This document shows, in pieces, positions 57,227-64,000 of a DNA stretch of 64,000 nucleotides. The notes under the pieces were generated by a model. That model saw only the letters and a program-made list of their open reading frames with translations. It ran no database searches and was not told where the DNA came from. Origin of the DNA: a virus; IMG/VR virus record IMGVR_UViG_3300030098_005409. One strand, given 5' to 3'. Position 1 is the first letter of the stretch. Each line of letters starts with the position of its first letter. A program made the translations under genes and the position numbers.

Positions 57227-58069
57227 TTATTTTACTCCTTTAACATATTCTTCTAAATCGTGTCTGGGGTTCCACCCAGTCATCTCGATGGTTTTTGATA
57301 TATCTGCTAGGGTCTCGCGGGCTTCGCCAGGACGCTGCGGTATGTACTGTTTTGTGCCTCCGAACATATCCGCCAATTCATTAATTGAATTGTTAGTTCC
57401 AGTTCCTAAGTTGTACACGTCTCCTCGCCAAGCGCCTTTGGAAATAGCAATCAGCCCAGCGCATATATCGTACACATGCGTAAAGTCTCGTCGTTGCTCT
57501 CCATCTCCAACAATCGTTAATGGCTTCCCGTTTTTTGTCTGCTCCTCAAAGATAGCTACAACTGGGGTGTATTGTCCTATTAAGGGATTGCGAGGTCCAT
57601 ACACATTAAAGAATCTGGCAATTCCTGTTGTTGTTCCATACACCTCAGAGTACATTTTACAAACTTCCTCTCCCTGCCATTTTGCGAAGGCATATGGATT
57701 CAAATACACGCCACCGTAAAAAGAACTTGACCCTGCGTATACTACTTTACAATTATTTTTTCTAGCATACTCGCAGACAATTGCTGTTCCAAGCGAATTG
57801 TTCTCACAGGTGTATAACGGGTCTTCAAAACTTGGCTGAATTCTTGACTCCGCAGCCAAATGAAATATGACATCTATATTTTTTACTACATCCGTTGTTA
57901 GAACATTTTGAAACTTATCAAAATAATACTCAACTTCGTCACGACAATACTCTTTCTTCCCGGAAGAAAGGTCATCCACAACAGTTACATTATATCCTTC
58001 TTTTACCAATATATCTACCAGATTGCTACCTATAAATCCGCAGCCGCCAGTTACCAATGCATTAATCAT
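57227..58069 (-). CDS. NAD-dependent nucleotide-sugar epimerase/dehydratase
   Basis: TGGCGFIGS Rossmann motif, Y-x-x-x-K (YAFAK), RFFNVYGP, GDGEQRRDFTHV. Confidence 0.92.
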   Translation of the reverse strand: MINALVTGGCGFIGSNLVDILVKEGYNVTVVDDLSSGKKEYCRDEVEYYFDKFQNVLTTDVVKNIDVIFHLAAESRIQPSFEDPLYTCENNSLGTAIVCEYARKNNCKVVYAGSSSFYGGVYLNPYAFAKWQGEEVCKMYSEVYGTTTGIARFFNVYGPRNPLIGQYTPVVAIFEEQTKNGKPLTIVGDGEQRRDFTHVYDICAGLIAISKGAWRGDVYNLGTGTNNSINELADMFGGTKQYIPQRPGEARETLADISKTIEMTGWNPRHDLEEYVKGVK

Positions 58070-59000
58070 TCGTTTTTATTCCTCTCGCATTTTCATAATT
58101 TTTAGTAAACCATTCGCACACTACTTTAAGGGCTTCTTGAAAATTAGTATACTCGTTGGGAGCCCATCCCAAGTTCAGCAATTTCTCGTTGGACGATGGT
58201 TTTCTGAACTGACCGGATGGTCGGTTTACATCCCAAATAATTTCCCCACTATAACCAAGCACCGATGCTATTAATTTTGCAGCGTGTGCAATAGAATATT
58301 CCATGGTATTCCCAATATTGATGGGGTGTTTGCCATCATACTTATCTAATAAAAATACCAAAATTTTAGCGGCGTCATCAGAAAAAGTAAACTCTCTTAG
58401 CGGTGAACCATCGCCCCATAGCACTACTTCTTTATTAAACCTCTTCGCTTCATAAATTTTCCTTATCATCGCAGGCAAAACGTGAGATTGATTTAGGTCA
58501 AAGTTGTCATTTATTCCAAATAGATTGTTAGGAACCGCTGTAATGCAATTAAGACCATATTGTTCCCTATAAGCACGGGACTGTACATCCAGCATTCTTT
58601 TAGCGTAAGCATACGCGTAGTTTGAGTGATGTGGCGGCCCAGAATGAATCTGCTCTTCAGTCAAAGGATAGGCGGCATCATCTGGATATACACAAGTGCT
58701 TAGAGTTGACAAAACTTTTTTGGCGCCACATACTCTCGCGGCTTCCAAAACGTTTAAATTAATTTTAGCATTATCATGATAAAAAAGACCCTTTTCCCTC
58801 ATATTAGCCCCAAGTCCGCCGATGCGGCCGGCTAGATGGATTACAGCATCAGGCTGTACCTTCTTAAAAACATTCTTTGTTTCTCTGAAGCTTCTTAGGT
58901 CAACATCTTTACTTGACAGGTAGGTTGCATCAGGTAGTACCCCGTTTAGTGCGGTTCCTAAAAGTCCCGTGCCACCAGTAACTAAAATTTTATTATACAT
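58062..59000 (-). CDS. fcl: GDP-L-fucose synthase
   Basis: TGGTGLLG, HLAGRIGGLGAN, STCVYP, YAYAKR, PNNLFG-x-NDNF..SHVLPAMIRK, WGDGSPLREF. Confidence 0.9.
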   Translation of the reverse strand: MYNKILVTGGTGLLGTALNGVLPDATYLSSKDVDLRSFRETKNVFKKVQPDAVIHLAGRIGGLGANMREKGLFYHDNAKINLNVLEAARVCGAKKVLSTLSTCVYPDDAAYPLTEEQIHSGPPHHSNYAYAYAKRMLDVQSRAYREQYGLNCITAVPNNLFGINDNFDLNQSHVLPAMIRKIYEAKRFNKEVVLWGDGSPLREFTFSDDAAKILVFLLDKYDGKHPINIGNTMEYSIAHAAKLIASVLGYSGEIIWDVNRPSGQFRKPSSNEKLLNLGWAPNEYTNFQEALKVVCEWFTKNYENARGIKTND

Positions 59001-59036
59001 TGTAAAATATACCCGTATGACTAAAGGAAAAGGACA

Positions 59037-60005
59037 CTATAACTTATTCATCCAACTTTCTATCATCTCATCTAGCATTGTGTGAAAAGTGTACTCTGGC
59101 TCCCAACCTAGTACCTCTCTGGACTTGTCGGAGTCCCCTTTCAGGTACTTAAGCTCTTCTGGGCGCATAAATTTAGGATTTTGCACCACATACTCTTTCC
59201 AATCTAAGTCAAGTGAGGTAAAGACATACTCAACCAAATCCCTAACTGACCAAGTCTCTCCAGTTGAAACTATCCACTCGTCGGCCGTTGGATGATTTAC
59301 TATCTTATGCATTGCTTTCACATAATCTTTTGAATGACCCCAGTCTCTATACGAATCAAGATTGCCAAGCTCTAATTTATCTCGCAATCCTTTTTTAATT
59401 TCAACTGCACATTTTACAACCTTGTTAGTTACGAAGTTCGATCCTCTTCGCGGAGACTCATGATTAAACAAAATCCCGTTACAGGCGTGCAGACCATACG
59501 CATGTCTGTAGTGTCTAACTAAATTGTATGCCAATAACTTAGCGCACCCATATGGACTCACAGGAGTCATTGGCGTCGTGAGCCTCTGCACACCATCATC
59601 ATCTACTGAATTTCCAAACATCTCGGATGATGAGGCTTGATAAAACTTAGCTCGCGGACATACTGTTCGGTATACCTCTAGCATGTTAAGTACACCCAAA
59701 GCGTTTGTTTGTATGGTATATGATGGTACATCAAAGCTAACCCTTACGTGACTCATGGCAGCAAGATTGTAGATCTCATCTGGCATCACGTCGCTCATAA
59801 TTCGATGTAGAGAAGGATAGTCCGTTAAATCTCCATAATATGTTTTAATTTTAGATCTCACACTTTTAAGTCGACTGTCTTGGTTCTCAGACACAGACAA
59901 TCTCCTAATAATTCCGTGTACTTCATATCCTTTTTCTAGTAGGAACTCTGTGAGATAGCTCCCATCTTGTCCAGTGATTCCTGTTATTAACGCTTTCTTT
60001 TTCAT
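59037..60005 (-). CDS. gmd: GDP-mannose 4,6-dehydratase
   Basis: ALITGITGQDGSYL, YNLAAMSHV-x-VSF, YQASSSEMFG, SPYGCAK, GILFNHESPRRG, LGNLD-x-x-RDWGH. Confidence 0.95.
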   Translation of the reverse strand: MKKKALITGITGQDGSYLTEFLLEKGYEVHGIIRRLSVSENQDSRLKSVRSKIKTYYGDLTDYPSLHRIMSDVMPDEIYNLAAMSHVRVSFDVPSYTIQTNALGVLNMLEVYRTVCPRAKFYQASSSEMFGNSVDDDGVQRLTTPMTPVSPYGCAKLLAYNLVRHYRHAYGLHACNGILFNHESPRRGSNFVTNKVVKCAVEIKKGLRDKLELGNLDSYRDWGHSKDYVKAMHKIVNHPTADEWIVSTGETWSVRDLVEYVFTSLDLDWKEYVVQNPKFMRPEELKYLKGDSDKSREVLGWEPEYTFHTMLDEMIESWMNKL

Positions 60006-60706
60006 TTTCTAAAGACCTCTTTGTTAGATAAATCTGAATAGTTTTCCCAGCAGCCTGAGTCTTCGTTTATTTCTGGTAGCTGGTCCATTATTAGTAGCCC
60101 CCTAGCGGCATCTTCCGGTGTCATATACATATGCCACCCTAGCATTTCGAATTCGTCTTCTGGGTAGTATACCTCCAAATCCCTTCCGTCATAGGATGCT
60201 TTTTTAAGCCATTTATATGCGTTTGGGTCGTCCGTCAAGATCATACCGCCTTTGCCAATGCACAGCCTTTTCTTAATTTGGAAAGAGACAACTTGCAGAG
60301 CGTTACCCCCCACATACATTCCCTTTGTATATCTTACCGCACCATCATAAACGGGGTATGGTTTAAGTTGATAGATTCCGCTCCATTTTACATTTTCAAA
60401 TTCTAATTCGCAACCGGCGTGCTTCACTTGCATTGGAACTGATACGTAAGTTCTGCTAGGTATTGTTACTGTTCCACTAGCTTCACAGTACTTTAGAGAT
60501 AGAAAAATACCACTTGAGCAAGAATCAACTGCTATTCCGTATTTGCAGCCGGCATAATCAGCCATTTTTTGTTCAAAGGTCTCTATAATATCTCTGGGGT
60601 CATCCCATTCATAGCCGGCTCTTCTAACCATTTCTAGTTCAGGGCGATCCCACTCTTTAGGCGGTCGTCCTATGGGCCAACTGTCATATTTAACTGTCTG
60701 ATCCAT
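60002..60706 (-). CDS. Short DegT/DnrJ-type PLP aminotransferase, copy 1 (234 aa)
   Basis: FE..ADYAG-x-KYGIAVDSCS, YDGA, SFQIKK (PLP Lys), GKGGMILTDD; ends before the canonical C-terminal domain. Confidence 0.8.
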   Translation of the reverse strand: MDQTVKYDSWPIGRPPKEWDRPELEMVRRAGYEWDDPRDIIETFEQKMADYAGCKYGIAVDSCSSGIFLSLKYCEASGTVTIPSRTYVSVPMQVKHAGCELEFENVKWSGIYQLKPYPVYDGAVRYTKGMYVGGNALQVVSFQIKKRLCIGKGGMILTDDPNAYKWLKKASYDGRDLEVYYPEDEFEMLGWHMYMTPEDAARGLLIMDQLPEINEDSGCWENYSDLSNKEVFRK

Positions 60707-60708
60707 TT

Positions 60709-61266
60709 TTACTTAATCGCCTGTAAGTTTTGCATAATATGAATTCCACTTTCTTTGCTCATGTGAGGGAAATAAGACTGACTTTGGTCATCGTAATTAA
60801 CATGAACATGATCTCTCCAGTCATAATCTTCCACATTTGTAAATCCACTGTCTTTTAAAGTCCTTAGCATTTCTGTCTTTGTGTATACTGTTTTATGATA
60901 GATTTTGTTAATTGGATTGTTATCTTCGTCAACAACATCCATTCTACCATAAAGAGGCCCTACTATTTTAGTTAAATCTTTGCCAGTTTTATAATATACA
61001 TCCAATAATTTGTCGAAATCAACCGTGGATATCCTTAGTATGCCACCCGGCTTTAATATGCGGTGCCATTCTTGCAAACACCGTGCTCCTTCGCGCCTGT
61101 CAAAGTACTGGAACGTGGCGCTTATATAGATTAGCGCGACACTATTGTCTTCAAACATACTTAAATCGCGAATGTCGGCTTTAAGATTTACATGCGGGTA
61201 ATCACTTAAATCAACATTATAAAACCCAGGTATATCTACCGCGCCACATCCTAAATGAAGTTTCAT
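60709..61266 (-). CDS. Class I SAM methyltransferase (185 aa)
   Basis: KLHLGCG, EWHRILKPGGILRIS. Confidence 0.85.
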   Translation of the reverse strand: MKLHLGCGAVDIPGFYNVDLSDYPHVNLKADIRDLSMFEDNSVALIYISATFQYFDRREGARCLQEWHRILKPGGILRISTVDFDKLLDVYYKTGKDLTKIVGPLYGRMDVVDEDNNPINKIYHKTVYTKTEMLRTLKDSGFTNVEDYDWRDHVHVNYDDQSQSYFPHMSKESGIHIMQNLQAIK

Positions 61267-61890
61267 TTATTTTCCTTCCACAACAAAAATGCTCGATCTT
61301 CCAACTCGCCTCATTAGATCTGAGTCGTATCTCTTTAGGATTTGGGGCAAAAATTCGTTTCCATAGTCATACGTTCTACCGTATCTGGTGAACTGTAAGC
61401 CAGCGCTTGAGATTATGTCTTCCCAGAACTGCGGGCTCTCAAACCTTGTTCTATCACCTTCATCATCTAGGTTTTGTCTCAAATTGTTAGGCACATCAAA
61501 TACTATTCTTTTCGCCGCTTTACTTTGAATGTCTAAGATTTCTAGTATTTCCTCATCTTCAAAATGCTCCAAGACCCCCTGATGGATGATCGTATCTACT
61601 TTTCGCCTATACGTTTTTGAATTTAATATATTACCAACAAACAGATCGCCTCTCAAATGTTTATAGTGCTCTTGACAATTTTCAATTGCACTGGGCTCTA
61701 AATCAAATCCTGATACCTCATACCCCAAGTCTCTCAATAGCTCCAACGTTGTTCCGAAGCCAAACCCTGCTTCCATAATAGTCCCGCCATCTGGAGTGTG
61801 ATCTGTTATACACTCTATAAATTGCTCCTGTAGGATCGCTGTTCGAAACAGAGTGAATCTTTTTTCATTTAGCCATTTTTCCCATGCCAT
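61267..61890 (-). CDS. Class I SAM methyltransferase (207 aa)
   Basis: IMEAGFGFG, SGFDLEP, HQGVLEHF. Confidence 0.8.
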   Translation of the reverse strand: MAWEKWLNEKRFTLFRTAILQEQFIECITDHTPDGGTIMEAGFGFGTTLELLRDLGYEVSGFDLEPSAIENCQEHYKHLRGDLFVGNILNSKTYRRKVDTIIHQGVLEHFEDEEILEILDIQSKAAKRIVFDVPNNLRQNLDDEGDRTRFESPQFWEDIISSAGLQFTRYGRTYDYGNEFLPQILKRYDSDLMRRVGRSSIFVVEGK

Positions 61891-61891
61891 A

Positions 61892-62305
61892 TTACACCTC
61901 TAATAAAACTTTGTCTTTTTCAACCCCTTGATATGGGCCTGTTTTGTATTCATAAACAATTGTGTTGTCCTTTAGGCACTCATAGTTGTGGCCGCCGCGG
62001 AATGTTATTGAGCAGTCTCCCTCATTGAGAGTACGGGTTGCGATAATAGTATCGTCTAAGTCGTATAAAATAGCCCTTATCTTTCCATCAATCACTACCC
62101 ATGATTCTTGAGCTATGTCGGTATACCTCTCTTGGTGTATGTGTTTGTGGGCCTTAAACGTTCTGCCGTTTTGCATCTTTATAGAGGCGACTTGCAAATA
62201 TTCCTCTTCAGGAGTAATATTGTCCCTAAAGGACACAATATCCTCTTTTCGATATATAATATGCAACAGAACGTCGTTTTCTAGTTTAGAAAATATTTTT
62301 TCCAC
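61892..62305 (-). CDS. WbuC-like cupin (137 aa)
   Basis: H-x-H...QESW-x-VI-x-G...GD..I...GGH-x-Y cupin metal motifs. Confidence 0.7.
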   Translation of the reverse strand: MEKIFSKLENDVLLHIIYRKEDIVSFRDNITPEEEYLQVASIKMQNGRTFKAHKHIHQERYTDIAQESWVVIDGKIRAILYDLDDTIIATRTLNEGDCSITFRGGHNYECLKDNTIVYEYKTGPYQGVEKDKVLLEV

Positions 62306-62973
62306 TACTGATCCTTATTTTTAAAAATCTCTAAATTAGAGAGATCATGGTATCGCCAAGACCCTCCACAGTCTTTATTCTCATCCGGTAAGTTTAAGAA
62401 TATTTTTATTCCGCGAGCAGCTTGCTCGGGGGGCATATACATATTCCAGCCAACCATTTCAATTTCATCCTGATCATATGGAACCTCTATATGGCGCCCC
62501 TCATATCTTGCGACCTTAAACCATCTTGCGGCCTCTGGGTCATCCGTCAGGATGATGCCACCCTTTCCAATATTGAGTATCTTTTTGATGTGAAAGGATA
62601 GACACTGATACGTTCCCGGGATGTACATCCCTTTCGTAAACCGCGTGGCGCCATCAATGATGGGGTACGGCTTAAGTTGATATGTACCAGACCACTCTAA
62701 ATCTTCAAATTCCAGGTCACATCCAGCATGCAGAATAGCCTGAGGCACCGAAACATAGCACTTAGAAGGAATTGTTATTTTGCCAGTAGCCTTGAGGTAT
62801 TTGAGGCATAAAAAAATGCCATCAGTGCAATTATCAACAGACACAGCATACTTGCTCCCCGCGTACTCAGCAACCATTTTTTCAAAGCTATCTACAATAT
62901 CCCACGGGTCATTTATGGTAAAGCCCATATTCTCAAGAACACCTATTGTTTCATCTAATGAATCTTCAAACAT
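62305..62973 (-). CDS. Short DegT/DnrJ-type PLP aminotransferase, copy 2 (222 aa)
   Basis: FE..AEYAGSKYAV-x-VDNCT, IDGA, SFHIKK, GKGGIILTDD; paralog of 60002-60706. Confidence 0.8.
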   Translation of the reverse strand: MFEDSLDETIGVLENMGFTINDPWDIVDSFEKMVAEYAGSKYAVSVDNCTDGIFLCLKYLKATGKITIPSKCYVSVPQAILHAGCDLEFEDLEWSGTYQLKPYPIIDGATRFTKGMYIPGTYQCLSFHIKKILNIGKGGIILTDDPEAARWFKVARYEGRHIEVPYDQDEIEMVGWNMYMPPEQAARGIKIFLNLPDENKDCGGSWRYHDLSNLEIFKNKDQ

Positions 62974-62979
62974 ATTAAT

Positions 62980-63660
62980 TTACCTTCCCTCTGCAACGCA
63001 GTCGTAGTATTCTCCTATAATGAATTTCTTTTTTGTGGTGGCCGCTTTTGCAGTGTAAGAGCTATCGTAATATTTTTTAGGAAGAATTCTAAAATCAAAA
63101 CTTATTCTTGTCTTGCCTGTTTCATTAAATTTATTATAATGCAGACAGCGATTTCCATCCCACATAAATATGTCTCCATATTTTCCCTCCATAGGGTTAA
63201 AATCTTCCATCCCTGGGAAACTCTCAACCCATGGAGCATTGCTGCCATACATATCGGTTAGTGGCATCAGGAAACTTATTTCTCCATACGGATGTTGATG
63301 ATTCTCATCACTATCCTTGTGAACTGTTGTTATAGCCCTATTGCCAGGATAGTGAATCCTATAAGACGGAAAAGCTTGGTATATCAGACTCTTTTCCTTT
63401 GGAAACAGAGGGTGAATATAATCTTCTACAAAAGACCTATACATTTCCTTCATCTCAAGCCAGCCTAAGCCTAACTCATCATAAAATTTATTGTGTAGCG
63501 CACTTATCGTATCGCGGCCGAGGCCGGCTACATCATCTGGTATGTCATAGTATCCTGCCAGATCTTTATGAAGAGTGGATAAATCATCAACGTTATAGAG
63601 TTTCTCAATTGCTTCTTTAAACTTGTACTTTTCAGTTGAGAATTTTAATTTCTTATACAT
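62980..63660 (-). CDS. 2OG-Fe(II) oxygenase (StrG/PhyH-like, 226 aa)
   Basis: H-x-D (VHKDSD), distal H (CLHYNK) and RISFDFR. Confidence 0.7.
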   Translation of the reverse strand: MYKKLKFSTEKYKFKEAIEKLYNVDDLSTLHKDLAGYYDIPDDVAGLGRDTISALHNKFYDELGLGWLEMKEMYRSFVEDYIHPLFPKEKSLIYQAFPSYRIHYPGNRAITTVHKDSDENHQHPYGEISFLMPLTDMYGSNAPWVESFPGMEDFNPMEGKYGDIFMWDGNRCLHYNKFNETGKTRISFDFRILPKKYYDSSYTAKAATTKKKFIIGEYYDCVAEGR

Positions 63661-63994
63661 GTTTTTTTAAAACCTCAATTTTTGCTTTACACGCAGCCAC
63701 CCGGCGACCCCACCATAGGCACTCTTTACCCCATTGAAAAAGATCACCATCATAATTTTTAGCTTTTACCCTAATTTCTTGCGGCTCCTCTACTAATTTA
63801 TGCCCAGAGTGGATAACGTCATGAATATTAAATCCTATTGTTTCTGTTAAAGGATATTGTCGAGTTGGGTCGACCACAGCCACATCTTGATATTTTATCA
63901 ACTCGTTTAGTAATTCATTATCCACATCATAACACGATATGATAAACTGTTTAATTTCTTTTTGAAAGGTGTCTTTGTTTTGAACTATCCGCAT
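63653..63994 (-). CDS. Hypothetical protein (113 aa; may extend beyond the window end)
   Basis: Coupled to the oxygenase; the two codons upstream of ATG 63994 are open to the window edge. Confidence 0.5.
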   Translation of the reverse strand: MRIVQNKDTFQKEIKQFIISCYDVDNELLNELIKYQDVAVVDPTRQYPLTETIGFNIHDVIHSGHKLVEEPQEIRVKAKNYDGDLFQWGKECLWWGRRVAACKAKIEVLKKHV

Positions 63995-64000
63995 CGAAGT

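Noticed and set aside
3512-59015. GGGTATA(T) recurring at about 3512, 3538 and 59008 as a third promoter class
   Set aside because: Only a few copies, no consistent -35 element or spacing to starts; not distinguishable from chance without a genome-wide count.
719-63620. Numerous plus-strand and off-frame ORFs in the track (e.g. 4644-5069, 7846-8295, 9254-9838, 10180-10854, 57288-57719)
   Set aside because: They are antisense or alternate-frame shadows of well-supported minus-strand genes, with no SD or recognisable motifs; only 17737-18474 occupies free space and has a domain.
1-64000. Alternative genetic code (TAG or TGA reassignment), known in some large phages
   Set aside because: Standard-code ORFs tile the window almost completely, including an 8.5-kb gene, and TAG/TGA act as stops at tight gene junctions.
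1-64000. tRNA or rRNA genes
   Set aside because: The few intergenic gaps (at most about 150 nt) show no cloverleaf or TTCG(A/R)ATCC-type arm; a tRNAscan run would be needed to exclude atypical ones.

Overview
The window is a 64-kb, gene-dense, almost entirely minus-strand segment of a large T4-like tailed phage (probably a jumbo/huge myophage; genome size is inference), read in the standard genetic code. In coordinate order: (i) 1-6.5 kb, Ser/Gly/Thr-rich fibre-like virion genes and a tandemly duplicated neck protein, one copy fused to a fibre; (ii) 6.5-16 kb, a head module with ribosomal protein bS21, acidic putative head-internal proteins, prohead protease, portal and large terminase; (iii) 16.6-18.5 kb, a three-gene membrane (lysis-like) cassette and the only clear plus-strand gene, a J-domain protein; (iv) 18.5-24.5 kb, a single-chain SbcD-SbcC (Mre11-Rad50) fusion, primase and RuvC-like resolvase with sigma70-type promoters; (v) 24.5-55.3 kb, a large baseplate/tail operon (2827-aa protein, gp6-like, gp25-like, putative spike, hub with an M15 peptidase); (vi) a gp55-like late sigma factor; (vii) 57.2-64 kb, a nucleotide-sugar synthesis and tailoring cluster (epimerase, Fcl, Gmd, two unusually short DegT-type aminotransferases, two methyltransferases, WbuC-like cupin, 2OG-Fe(II) oxygenase). 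Most interesting leads: a strong [S/T]-[G/A/S]-S tripeptide enrichment in several virion proteins that may be a glycosylation sequon served by the sugar cluster; a recurring upstream motif that is the reverse complement of the T4 late promoter; unannotated Cys-Cys micropeptides with good ribosome-binding sites; putative protease-cleaved head polyproteins; and a structured leader carrying an anti-Shine-Dalgarno sequence. No tRNA, rRNA, CRISPR array, integrase, transposase, intein or intron was recognised. All family calls are from motif recognition by eye, not database searches.
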